Source: Promethearchaeota archaeon
Lineage (GTDB): Archaea; Asgardarchaeota; Lokiarchaeia; Sigyniarchaeales; SOKP01
Reading direction: 5' to 3'
Length of the DNA stretch: 30,856 bases
Assembly (NCBI GenBank): GCA_048941265.1
Contig: JBHLNT010000021.1
Span: 1 to 30,856 of the forward strand
The position numbers and the translations under genes are program-made. The notes below the pieces were generated by a model. That model ran no database searches. It saw only the letters and a program-made list of their open reading frames with translations, and had not been told where the DNA came from. Positions 9,238-19,067 of the stretch are shown here, piece after piece. Each line of letters begins with the position of its first letter. Within the stretch, counting starts at the first letter, position 1.

Positions 9238-10683
9238 TCACGTTTTTAATTTTTTCAAGTCATTTAATAGTTCTTTTTTTTCTTTTTCAAGTGATTTTAT
9301 TTTATTCTGAATAGTATCTTTTGAAGATTTGAGATCCGCTAGAAGCTCATCTAGTTCAGTAGAAAACTCTGTTCCTTGCTTACTAATCTCAATTAAGGAG
9401 GTTTTGATATTGTTAATTTTTTCTATAAAATTTCCTTTAAATTTCTTATTAGCTTTCTCAGTTTCATCAAAGATTAAACTTTCTATAGTTTTTATATTCT
9501 CTGATAAATTAGTTAAAGAATTTTGTAGGTTATTCAAATTTTCAGAGTTTTTTATATTATTTTGATCAATTTCAGATAAAATTTTTAAACCCATATCAAA
9601 ATTTTCAAACATCTTATTTAATGTATTGTGTATTTTTTCTTGAAATAAATTATCTATTAAATTATTGAATTCAAACTTTAATTGAGTAAAATTATTTTTA
9701 ATATGTTCATGATCTTTATCAAAATCATCTAGTCTATCATCAACATAAGTTAAAAGTTCATGTAGTTTATCTGTAAGAGAAAATTTAAGAGAATTTTTAA
9801 GATTATTTATACCTTGGGTCATGATATCTTTTAGAGCAATTAAATCCTTTCTCATTTGGATGTTATTATCTATAATACTCTTTATTGTGTTTTTACTCCA
9901 ACTATTTAAGAATTCAATTAAGGGTTCAATAGATAGTCGTATAAATTTCGAAACCCCATCCTCCAGAGCTGATAATATATTTGGTAAATTTAATTCGGGT
10001 TTTTTTGACAAGATCTCGTTTTGGTCAGGAAAAATAATTTCACCAAACGGGTCTTCCGTTTCATTAATTTCTAAAATCGGAGATTCTTTAGAATGTACAC
10101 TTTCTATTAGTTTCATTATTTTATAATAATATTCTACATTATCAGGAGGGTCAACTTTTGTCTCTACTTCGTGGTAATCTGACTTTGAGCCTTTCGAAGG
10201 ATCATCGAGTCTAAAAGTTCTGAATCCTAAATCTCCAGAATTTTCTAAAAACGTGTGATCAAATACAATCCCAATCGCACTAGGATTAGGTGTTTGCCAT
10301 CCCAATTGGTTGAAAATATCAGTTCCAGAGAAAAAAATTCCTAACCCTGGATGACTATGATACCATCCTACAGTCCACCAATTTTTTTCTGCAAAATTTT
10401 CATCAATTGTGGCGAAAGTTACATAATCTTGAGGTGCAAAGTTAACTTCAATTGATCCCCCATGAGAGACAGGAACTGCATCTTCAATTATAACATTTTG
10501 AATTCCTCTTTGATCTGCATCTCCTTCAAGATGACCAATTAACATGCCCATTACCTCTCGATAGTCTCTCGGATCTCTTGCTTTATTACCAAATCGCAAT
10601 ACATGAATTAGCATTTTGTAATATGCAATAGGTTTAATTCTTACGAATTTATCGAAGTCCTTATTTTTTAATCGTCTGCTCAA
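9238..10683 (-). CDS. MPN+/JAMM metallo-isopeptidase (Rpn11/CSN5-like) with long coiled-coil tail
   Basis: REVMGMLIG and GWYHSHPGLGIFFSGTD give a complete E-HxH-S-D set. TTG start. C-terminal about 260 aa helical. Confidence 0.93.
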   Translation of the reverse strand: MSRRLKNKDFDKFVRIKPIAYYKMLIHVLRFGNKARDPRDYREVMGMLIGHLEGDADQRGIQNVIIEDAVPVSHGGSIEVNFAPQDYVTFATIDENFAEKNWWTVGWYHSHPGLGIFFSGTDIFNQLGWQTPNPSAIGIVFDHTFLENSGDLGFRTFRLDDPSKGSKSDYHEVETKVDPPDNVEYYYKIMKLIESVHSKESPILEINETEDPFGEIIFPDQNEILSKKPELNLPNILSALEDGVSKFIRLSIEPLIEFLNSWSKNTIKSIIDNNIQMRKDLIALKDIMTQGINNLKNSLKFSLTDKLHELLTYVDDRLDDFDKDHEHIKNNFTQLKFEFNNLIDNLFQEKIHNTLNKMFENFDMGLKILSEIDQNNIKNSENLNNLQNSLTNLSENIKTIESLIFDETEKANKKFKGNFIEKINNIKTSLIEISKQGTEFSTELDELLADLKSSKDTIQNKIKSLEKEKKELLNDLKKLKT

Positions 10684-10891
10684 GGTTATTCACGAGGTTA
10701 TGAAATTTAGATATAGTAAATTGTTTTAAAAATTTTTTAAGGTATATTACAAATAATAGATTCTGTTTAAATAATTTTATTTGAAAAATTTAACTAGGAA
10801 ATAACTTAATAAATAGTGATCTAACCAAAATTAGAATACTATTCTAAAATTAACTACTTCAGAAATAAGAAAATTTAAAGAATAAAAAAAT

Positions 10892-11557
10892 TCATTTTTT
10901 TAGAGGTTTTCCACAATAAGGACAGAATTTGAAAGTTAAATCTTTTCCACAATACCCACAAAAAACAGAATCCTCCGCTACAATTGCAGCAGGTTCAGCT
11001 TTCGGGGTGCCTCCAGGAATTGATGGTAATTCTCTTTTTGTTTTTACTGTAGGTGTAGAGGATGAAGAAGCTGCAGCCTCCTCTTCTTGTTTAGCAGCTG
11101 CCATTCTAGCTTGGAATGCCTTTCGCATTTCATCTTCTTTATCTTGAGCTGATACCATTCCCTCTTGTTTTACCCATCCTTTTGCTTGAGGCCTCTTTAA
11201 TTGACTTTCGGGGACCTTTTCTAATTCAACTTTTGAAGTTTCAGCGACAGGAGCAACTATTTTCTTTTCATCTTTGCGCTGGACTGCTTGCTTTACTAAA
11301 GCTTGGGTGGTCTTCATAATTTGATGAGGATTAATATTAGGAATTGCAACTGTTCTAAGAACCCATCCTACAATATAGTTTTGGTTGGGAAAATCGCCAG
11401 ATACTTCTGTTTCTTTATATACATATGAATCGATAAGATCTTGTCCTTTCATAATCCTTGAAGCCCATTTACCATTTATTAGCCCTAATTGAAGTCTATA
11501 TGAGGTACCAGAAATGCCCAACTGACTCGTTAGTGGAATAAAACCTTGCTCTGTTAT
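10892..11557 (-). CDS. Hypothetical protein: N-terminal globular domain, low-complexity linker, C-terminal zinc ribbon
   Basis: FCGYCGKDLTFKFCPYCGKP at C-terminus. Called start is TTG 11521, but the frame is open to 11563 and the GGTGA RBS (11564-11568) points to ATA at 11557; the start is uncertain. Confidence 0.8.
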   Translation of the reverse strand: MTEQGFIPLTSQLGISGTSYRLQLGLINGKWASRIMKGQDLIDSYVYKETEVSGDFPNQNYIVGWVLRTVAIPNINPHQIMKTTQALVKQAVQRKDEKKIVAPVAETSKVELEKVPESQLKRPQAKGWVKQEGMVSAQDKEDEMRKAFQARMAAAKQEEEAAASSSSTPTVKTKRELPSIPGGTPKAEPAAIVAEDSVFCGYCGKDLTFKFCPYCGKPLKK

Positions 11558-11768
11558 TATTTCTCACCTTTTTTTTAAATATCTATTAATTAATCCAATT
11601 TTGTAATATTTTGAACTTAATATAAAGTTAAATTTAAAATTTAAATATTTAATGTTCTGTTTAGTAGGGAATTTTTAAAAAAAAAAGCATAAATAGAATT
11701 ACTTTTATTATCTTTAAAAATTAGTTTAAAAATTACTTATACCAAAAATGTAAGGGTGTTATAAAAAT

Positions 11769-12728
11769 ATGTCAGGGATTATAAAACTTTCAAAAAAGAC
11801 ATATTATACGATTGTTGCATCATCTGTGAGATATGCTAACACAAGAATAAAAACGGAAGATTGGCTTGAGGTTAGTGGAGTTCTTATCGGTAAAAATCAA
11901 GGAAACGATGTAATTATTTCTGCAGCTTATCCCATTATGCACCAAGAATTAGACAAAAATGCAGTAATTGATCAATATAAATGGAATGATGAAGATTATT
12001 TATCTCTAAGTATTATTGATGACGAAGCATTCTCTCGAGGAGAATTCACAGTAGGTTGGTGGCATTCGCATCCAGGATTTCGTATTATGATGAGCCATAT
12101 TGATATTCAAACAACATTATCTTATCAACAAAATAATCCCTTGGCTATAGCTTTAGTTTTTAATCCTCAAAGACTAACTAGACAAATTGAATTACCTGAT
12201 AAGAAAGGAGATCCTGTAATTCAACTGGAAAACGATCCTGGGTTCAAGATATTCAGGTTAGATGACGTTAATAAGGGTGTTCAGGCATCTTATCATGAAG
12301 TTTATTTTGAGATAGAAGGATTTAATAATGTGGTGCAGTTGATCCAACAAGCACAGAAATTCGTTATAGATGTAACAAATTTCTTACCTAAAAACAGAAT
12401 ATCTGAAAGATATGAAAGCTTTGTTAATGAACGAATAGATCAATTAAATTCTCTTATAGTGGGTACAGATGAATATTTAAAAACTCTGGTCCGTCAAGGA
12501 GAAACAAGTAGAATCGCTGAAGTATTAGAAAATCAAAAGAAAGAAATAAGAAAATATGTAGCTGAAACATTTGTTAAAATCGGAAATATCAAAGAATTCA
12601 TGGATTATTTGGAATATAAAGAAAGAGATCTGATTATACCACAAGTGAATAAAATTTTGATTAAATGGGATGAGATAATTTCTAAATTGGATGAAAAATT
12701 AGCCGAAATCTCACAAAAGTTTCAATGA
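11769..12728 (+). CDS. MPN+/JAMM metallo-isopeptidase with helical C-terminal bundle
   Basis: LEVSGVLIG, GWWHSHPGFRIMMSHID, IALVFNP. Shares the GF-x-x-FRLDD...YHEV motif with the neighbouring MPN genes. Confidence 0.93.
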   Translation: MSGIIKLSKKTYYTIVASSVRYANTRIKTEDWLEVSGVLIGKNQGNDVIISAAYPIMHQELDKNAVIDQYKWNDEDYLSLSIIDDEAFSRGEFTVGWWHSHPGFRIMMSHIDIQTTLSYQQNNPLAIALVFNPQRLTRQIELPDKKGDPVIQLENDPGFKIFRLDDVNKGVQASYHEVYFEIEGFNNVVQLIQQAQKFVIDVTNFLPKNRISERYESFVNERIDQLNSLIVGTDEYLKTLVRQGETSRIAEVLENQKKEIRKYVAETFVKIGNIKEFMDYLEYKERDLIIPQVNKILIKWDEIISKLDEKLAEISQKFQ

Positions 12729-13001
12729 GAAATATAAATGAATGGAACTTTATATATTTAAAATCTTATTCTTAATTTTTATCAATAATATTTTAATCTC
12801 AATTCTAGGATAAAACAAAATGAAAATTGGTTTAATTTTAAGCGACACAACACCTCAAATAGAAAAATCTCTATTAAAAACCATTCTCCATTAATTAGAA
12901 AACTAAAAATAAGAATAAGAAAGAAGTTTAATTATTATTAAAAGTTGTTATCAAAGATTTGGGAGAGAATAGAAATCAAATAGTAATAGGAATGAGAGTT
13001 T

Positions 13002-13514
13002 ATGGTAAGAGAATTAACAAAAAAAATGGCGGAAGTTGTGAGACTCCAAATGCTATATAATATTTCTAATGGGTGGTCATGGTATGCATATAAGAAATTG
13101 GGATCAGAGGCGATAATTGAGCTAGAATTAAAAATGTGGGATGATTTAATGCCTCCAGCTATAGATTTATTGTATCAATTGATACAACCTGAGGGAAGCA
13201 AAATTGAAAAAGCGAGACATGTACTTACTCAAGTTAGTAAAATTAATGGTTATCTTCCTAGAAATATTAAAGAAACTCCAGATTCATTGAAATGGGAATA
13301 CAAAATCTGTCCAAATTGGAATTCTATGAATCAAATGGGTTTAGATGATTACATATCTCAAAATAATAAGCCAGCAAAAGTTTCATGCATCCATGGGTGT
13401 ACTAAAATTCATGAACATTATTTTAAAAAGATTGATTCAGGAGTAAAAGTCCAAAACATTAAGAATCGACCAGATGCAGACGACAAATGCATTTTTGAAG
13501 TATCTTTTAGGTGA
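13002..13514 (+). CDS. Hypothetical protein, V4R/ATC-hydrolase/DUF6125-like Cys-containing ligand-binding fold
   Basis: YKKLGSEA helix, ICPNW, SCIHGC and terminal DKCIFEV strand are characteristic of this superfamily. Confidence 0.6.
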   Translation: MVRELTKKMAEVVRLQMLYNISNGWSWYAYKKLGSEAIIELELKMWDDLMPPAIDLLYQLIQPEGSKIEKARHVLTQVSKINGYLPRNIKETPDSLKWEYKICPNWNSMNQMGLDDYISQNNKPAKVSCIHGCTKIHEHYFKKIDSGVKVQNIKNRPDADDKCIFEVSFR

Positions 13515-13739
13515 CAAACTTCTTATTTTGTCCTTATTGAAAAATTAATAAAAATATTCTTTAGCTAAAGTATCTTGAAAATAAGAAATTGTATGTATAT
13601 TTTTTGAATAAAATTTAACATATCTCTAATCATATCTTTAATTTTGATAAATTTTTATGTGATTATGATTTATTAGATTGAATAGATCGTTTTTTAAAAC
13701 TTAGAAATACTTAGAACTATACAAGAATAGTTAAATACC

Positions 13740-15947
13740 ATGAAAAAGAGTAATTTTCCGTTTACTGCAATTTTAGGACAAGAGAAAATGAAGATGGGAT
13801 TAATTTTAAATGTAATTGATCCTCTCATTGGTGGTGTATTATTAACAGGCCATCAAGGTACGGGAAAGTCTACGGCAGTTAGATCTTTAGTCGAACTTAT
13901 GCCAAAAATAGAAGTCATTGAAGACTGTAATTTTGCTTGTGATCCTAAATCTAATATGGATGATTTATGCGCATCATGCCGTGAAAAAAAAGAAAAACAC
14001 AAGTTAAAAACTGAAATTAGGGAAATGCGTTTGGTAAATTTACCTCTTGGAGTAACTGAAGATATGGTTTGTGGTAGTTTATCCATTGATAAAGTTCTTA
14101 CAGAAGGGACTTCCGAACTTCATCCTGGGTTACTTGCGAAAGCAAATCGGGGTATTTTATATGTAGATGAGATCAATCTATTACAAGATCATATTGTTGA
14201 TGTACTTCTTGACGCTGCAGCTTCAGGTGTTAATATCATCGAAAGGGAAGGAATCTCAGTCTCGCATCCCTCTAGATTTGTGTTAGTTGGATCAATGAAT
14301 CCTGAAGAAGGAGAATTAAGACCTCAAATCGCTGATAGACTCGGTTTAGAAGTTAAAATAAGAGCTCCTCGAGATCCTAAATTAAGAGCGGAAATTACTA
14401 AAAGAGTTATCGATTTTTATGATAATCCGAAGCTGTTTATCGAAAAATTCGAAAAAGATCAAGAAAACCTTAGACAGAAAATAATCATTGCCAGAGACAT
14501 TTTAAAAAATGTTGAAATTCCAGCCAAAGTATATGAATTAGTCTCAAAAATAGTAAATGATTTAGAGATTTTTTCCCAAAGAGCAGATATTACCTTTATT
14601 AGGTGCGCTAGGGCTAATGCTGCCTTAAATAATAGAAAAATGATTACAGAAGAAGATCTTAATGTAGCTATGGATTTGGTCTTTGAGCATAGAATAGCTT
14701 CTTTACATTATGAGATGACCCCTCAAGAAATTAAAGCTAAAATTGCAGAAGTATATGGTAAAATTGAAAAGGCCTATGAGGACCCTAAGATTTATCAACC
14801 AAATAAGGATACAGAGGGTCCACTAAAACATGATGATACACCTCAAAAAGAATTCCAGAGACAATCTATAGATCCAAAAAAAGTAGATATCCCAGAAACA
14901 AAAGAACAAAAATTGCCACCCCCTAAATATCCCGATAAAAGAAAGAGAGAATCTAGTCCTGCTGGAGGTTGGAAAGTAAAAGATATTCCGGAAGAAGAGA
15001 AAAAAGAATTTAATCTTTCAGATTATGAACTGGATATTATGCCGTTTATTTATAAAATGGAAAAAAAAATGACATCAATATTAGACAATATTAGAAGGGA
15101 TCGGAAAATATCGGAATATGGAGGGCGTGGTATTGGAAGAAGGATTAAAGTTGCATCATCCCAAAAGGGTAGATATGTATCTTATAGAACTCCCATTAAT
15201 CAACCAAAAAGCATAGCTTTGGATGCAACTATAAGGAATTATTTAAAAAATGTGGTATATAATAAAACTAACGTTGAATTTCCTATCCATTTTAACAAGT
15301 ATGACTTAATGGATAAAATATATGAGTATCGTGCCCCGTTAGCTCTTTTTTTCGTTTTAGATAGCTCTGCGTCGATGTATTATGTTATCAAGCAAATGAC
15401 GGATGTAATCCAGAGTTTACAAAAGGAAGGATATCGTAAAAAAGACAAATTGGCTCTAATAATTTTTAGAGGAAAAGAAGCAATTGTACTCCAAAAACCG
15501 ACAGTTAATTTTAAATCCGCATTAGGTAAATTAAAAAATATTAAAGGAAAATCTTATACTCCTATGGCTGCTGCTTTACAAAAATGCATGAAATTAATTA
15601 AAATTGAGAAGTTGAAAAATAGAAATGTTATTCCTGTTTTGTTCATTCTCTCCGATTGCGGAGCAAACATATCTGTAAAAAATCCCGATCTAATTGCCCA
15701 GATTGAAAATGATTACTTATTAGTAGTAGAAGAATTAGAAGACTTACAAAAAAAGTTAGCAAAGCAGAAAATTTATACCGTTGTTTTAGAACCCAAAAAG
15801 AGTTATGCCACTCAAGCATTGGGAATCCATCCCTATTCCGCAGAAAAAATTAAAAAGAATTTCCGCAAATATGCTAAAGCTATGGTTTATCAATTCGACC
15901 GATACAATCCTTCTGCTTTAATTTTAGAATTGAAAAGAATCCTATAA
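13740..15947 (+). CDS. ChlI/ChlD-like (Mg/Co chelatase type) AAA+ ATPase fused to vWA domain
   Basis: FPFTAILGQEKMK, Walker A GHQGTGKST, HPGLLAKANRGILYVDEINLL, GSMNPEEGELRPQIADR, Pro/charged linker, MIDAS LDSSASM...YTP...LSD. Confidence 0.93.
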   Translation: MKKSNFPFTAILGQEKMKMGLILNVIDPLIGGVLLTGHQGTGKSTAVRSLVELMPKIEVIEDCNFACDPKSNMDDLCASCREKKEKHKLKTEIREMRLVNLPLGVTEDMVCGSLSIDKVLTEGTSELHPGLLAKANRGILYVDEINLLQDHIVDVLLDAAASGVNIIEREGISVSHPSRFVLVGSMNPEEGELRPQIADRLGLEVKIRAPRDPKLRAEITKRVIDFYDNPKLFIEKFEKDQENLRQKIIIARDILKNVEIPAKVYELVSKIVNDLEIFSQRADITFIRCARANAALNNRKMITEEDLNVAMDLVFEHRIASLHYEMTPQEIKAKIAEVYGKIEKAYEDPKIYQPNKDTEGPLKHDDTPQKEFQRQSIDPKKVDIPETKEQKLPPPKYPDKRKRESSPAGGWKVKDIPEEEKKEFNLSDYELDIMPFIYKMEKKMTSILDNIRRDRKISEYGGRGIGRRIKVASSQKGRYVSYRTPINQPKSIALDATIRNYLKNVVYNKTNVEFPIHFNKYDLMDKIYEYRAPLALFFVLDSSASMYYVIKQMTDVIQSLQKEGYRKKDKLALIIFRGKEAIVLQKPTVNFKSALGKLKNIKGKSYTPMAAALQKCMKLIKIEKLKNRNVIPVLFILSDCGANISVKNPDLIAQIENDYLLVVEELEDLQKKLAKQKIYTVVLEPKKSYATQALGIHPYSAEKIKKNFRKYAKAMVYQFDRYNPSALILELKRIL

Positions 15948-15997
15948 TTTTAAAGGGAAATATCCTTCAAATTTTTTATTTTGATTAATACAAAGTA

Positions 15998-16747
15998 TTA
16001 CTTGAGATGTATAAATCTGTTATTCCTAAAAGTCATCTTCGAATTTTCAAATGCCTCTTGAATAGTTTTAAATTTATTAAGCCGACGAAGAGTAGAATAT
16101 TGTGGGAATATAATTTTAATTTGATTTTTCTTATATAATTCTAAAATTTTCTTCGGTGTTCCCCATAATCCTTCTGTTAATTCATCACTAAATAGATTAA
16201 TATTCTGTTCTTGAGGGATATCACATAAAAAAAATTGCGTATCAAATCTAATAGGGGACATCGCAGGAGTGACCAATCTTCCAAAATATTTAACGTGAGA
16301 AGCATCATAATAAAGATTTTCCCTAATTAAAATATTAGTCATTGTTTCTCGGTCTTTTTGCAGGTCTTCTTGATATCTTTGAAATTTATTCTTATTTTCC
16401 TCATTTATTAAGATTAAATCTCCAGTTTCGTTTACTGCAAGTAAAATACCTGTTTCTTCAAATAATTCTCGGATTGCAATGATCCAGAAAATAACGGGAT
16501 CTTTATAGATTTCTTTTAAATTATTTGCGAAATTTTTATCAAGTCCACGTAATCTTTCTCTGGATTCTTTATTAACATCTTGTTCTTCAATGCTTCCCCC
16601 TGGAAAAACATGATGACCTCCTAAAAATTTATTATTTATATGTCTTTTACCCATGAAAACTTCAAATTCACAATTTTCATTAGGAAAATCGGGTATCCGC
16701 TTACGTAATAGAATGACTGTAGCAGCTAATTTAGGTTTTACAGGCAT
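15998..16747 (-). CDS. Nudix hydrolase (NUDT19-like, split Nudix box)
   Basis: PKLAATVILLR, HVFPGG, AIRELFEETGILL, RFDTQFF, IFPQ. ATG at 16747 preferred to the upstream TTG. Confidence 0.9.
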   Translation of the reverse strand: MPVKPKLAATVILLRKRIPDFPNENCEFEVFMGKRHINNKFLGGHHVFPGGSIEEQDVNKESRERLRGLDKNFANNLKEIYKDPVIFWIIAIRELFEETGILLAVNETGDLILINEENKNKFQRYQEDLQKDRETMTNILIRENLYYDASHVKYFGRLVTPAMSPIRFDTQFFLCDIPQEQNINLFSDELTEGLWGTPKKILELYKKNQIKIIFPQYSTLRRLNKFKTIQEAFENSKMTFRNNRFIHLK

Positions 16748-16883
16748 AAAAATCAATCATTGATTAGAAGATTTATCTAAATAAAACAAATTATTTTTTC
16801 ATGTTTTGTTATAAAATTAAAGAGTACTTAATAAAGCTAAGAAAATAATTATTTCTTTAAAGACCCCTTCTAATATTTTAATA

Positions 16884-18131
16884 ATGGTGAAAAAATCAAA
16901 TTCAGTATTAGTTGTAGGATTCAATATTCGTCCTTTAGCTTATTCCTTAAATAAAGCCGGATATGAAGTTTTCGCAGTAGATTTCTTTGGTGATTTAGAT
17001 TTATATCCGAGTGTAACTGACTGCTTAATAGTAATAAAACAATTAAACACCCAATATAATATGTTAAAAGAAAAATATCATCTCTTTTTGGCAGATTTTA
17101 CGTTTGACATGCTTCGGAAGTATCCACAAATAGAAAATTTGATAATAGGAAGTGGTTTGGATGATGCTTTTGAGGAAAGAGAAAAAATTGTAAAGGAAAT
17201 AGACAAAAATCAATATTATATTAGAAATTTAAATAATTCAATCCAAGCACTTAAAAAAGCTAGAAATATAGAATACGTGTATGGTATTTTAACATCAAAA
17301 GAGTATAAGGTACCTTTAACCTTGTCCTATGAAGATCCAAAATTAGAGGATTTAAAGATTCAATTCCCTTTTGTTATGAAAAAAAAGACGGGAGCTGGGG
17401 GGATTAATGTCTACAAAATTGAAGATAAAAGCAAATTATCGTTATTCTTGAAAATACAAGAAACTAAAGATTTTAAAGCATCAGAGTGGTTAATACAAGA
17501 ATATATGGAGGGAATTCCAGTTAGTTGTACAACAATTTCTAATGGAAAAGAAACTTTGATCATCTCAATAAATCGACAAATTATTGGTGAAAAATTCGTT
17601 AATACTCCAAAAGAATTTATGTATTGTGGTAACGTTGTTCCAGCCAATTTATTTAATAGGGATAAAATATTAATTTCGGAAATATCTCAAACATTAGCTA
17701 ATGAACTAAAATTAAGAGGTATAAATGGCTTTGATTTTGTTTTAAAAGATCATTATCCTTACTTAATGGAAATTAATCCTAGAATCCCCGGTTCAATAAG
17801 AGTTTCAGAGTCAGCTTTAAACCTAAATTTATTAGACTTGCATATTAAAAGTTTTGATAAAGCTGAATGGAAATACGTTAAAGAAGTAATAAATGCAGCT
17901 CACCCGAAAGTATTTGCTACTAAGCTAATAATGTTTGCTCCTAAAGATATTGATAAAACTCACTTAATGATGATTAATAACCTTGAGCATGTTCATGATA
18001 AAAGTGAACTAAGTTCAAAAATCTTAAAAGGTGATCCAATATGTACAGTGTTGTTTAAAGGAAAAACCTTTTCAGAGTCTTACTTTGGAGCGCTAAAAAT
18101 TATTGATGAGATAAAAAGAATTATAGGCTGA
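16884..18131 (+). CDS. ATP-grasp ligase (archaeal COG2232-like family)
   Basis: AVDFFGDLD, GSG, PFVMKKKTGAGG, LIQEYMEGIPVS, GINGFDF, LMEINPRIPGS, GDPICTV. Confidence 0.88.
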   Translation: MVKKSNSVLVVGFNIRPLAYSLNKAGYEVFAVDFFGDLDLYPSVTDCLIVIKQLNTQYNMLKEKYHLFLADFTFDMLRKYPQIENLIIGSGLDDAFEEREKIVKEIDKNQYYIRNLNNSIQALKKARNIEYVYGILTSKEYKVPLTLSYEDPKLEDLKIQFPFVMKKKTGAGGINVYKIEDKSKLSLFLKIQETKDFKASEWLIQEYMEGIPVSCTTISNGKETLIISINRQIIGEKFVNTPKEFMYCGNVVPANLFNRDKILISEISQTLANELKLRGINGFDFVLKDHYPYLMEINPRIPGSIRVSESALNLNLLDLHIKSFDKAEWKYVKEVINAAHPKVFATKLIMFAPKDIDKTHLMMINNLEHVHDKSELSSKILKGDPICTVLFKGKTFSESYFGALKIIDEIKRIIG

Positions 18132-18144
18132 AAATAGTATCTCT

Positions 18145-18888
18145 TTATTTAATAATGGTTTTTATTTTCGCAATAAACGATCCTAATTTGCTCTCATCAG
18201 CTTCAGGTACAGCAACAAATAAAATTCTATGTTCATCTAATTCATGGAGAATTATCGACCCATTCTCACCTGCAATAATAGAGTATTCTACATTTTGTTC
18301 TTCTAATAAAACATCAGATAAATTATATAAAGCCGAAATCATTGCCGAAATCACTGGTTCTGGCATAATAGATTGAATCTTAATGGGTAATCCCTCTCTA
18401 GATATTATTCCAAGCATAATAGCAGAGGGAATTGCTCTTTTTACAGCTACAAAAATCTCTTCTCTAATAAATTCCGATGTTTCTACAAAAGCCGATACTT
18501 GTAAAGCAAATCTCTTCATTTTATTAATATAATAATTCACACCTTCTAATTCCGCCAGTTCTCGCTGAAGATATGAGATCATCGTGATATTTTCTGTTAA
18601 TATAGCGAGGATCATTTTCTTCTTCCCAGTTATGATATTATAAGAGATTTCTTGCATTAATGAGCCCATTAGCGTTTTTGAGGATAAAAACAATAAACTA
18701 GAAGTTGCGGCAGCAATTTCTAACGTTGATAACTTTGTATCTTCCTTAAAATAGTTCCCGAGGAATGTACCTCCATGAGTACCAACATTTATACCTAATA
18801 TAGCAGAATCTTCGCTTATTTCTTTATTAATTAAAGCATAAATATCATTTTGTAATTGATTCATACTTTCTTCTGGTTGGGTATCCAT
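18145..18888 (-). CDS. Tandem roadblock/LC7 (profilin-like) domain protein
   Basis: Second half LGIISREGLPI...VISAMISAL...IIAGENGSIILHEL...KLG is a classic roadblock pattern. First half has the same order of elements (GINVGTHGG...IAAATSSL...IITGKKKMIL). Confidence 0.85.
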   Translation of the reverse strand: MDTQPEESMNQLQNDIYALINKEISEDSAILGINVGTHGGTFLGNYFKEDTKLSTLEIAAATSSLLFLSSKTLMGSLMQEISYNIITGKKKMILAILTENITMISYLQRELAELEGVNYYINKMKRFALQVSAFVETSEFIREEIFVAVKRAIPSAIMLGIISREGLPIKIQSIMPEPVISAMISALYNLSDVLLEEQNVEYSIIAGENGSIILHELDEHRILFVAVPEADESKLGSFIAKIKTIIK

Positions 18889-19067
18889 GTGATTATATTA
18901 GAATTGGCAATTATAAAGGTATGCTAACGGGTAAAAAATTAAATAATCTTAAAACTAAAAAATTAGATGAAAAAGCTATTAATAGAACAAAGTTATAAAC
19001 TTTTATAAGTACTAATTTGTTTTATAGTTTTAAGATTTAAGAAATAAAAAACATTTGAATTCTAAAT

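Noticed and set aside
7834-12728. MPN genes as CBASS Cap3-type defence or sulfur-carrier (Mec/ThiS) JAB proteins
   Set aside because: No cyclase, E1/E2, ThiS/MoaD or effector genes are adjacent, and the sequences are Rpn11/CSN5-like with long helical tails.
13740-15947. Chlorophyll synthesis implied by the ChlD-like gene
   Set aside because: This family is widespread in non-phototrophs and no other bch/chl genes are present.
16884-18131. ATP-grasp ligase as the activating enzyme for the Pls-like triplet
   Set aside because: More than 6 kb away on the opposite strand with unrelated genes in between; no sequence evidence of linkage.
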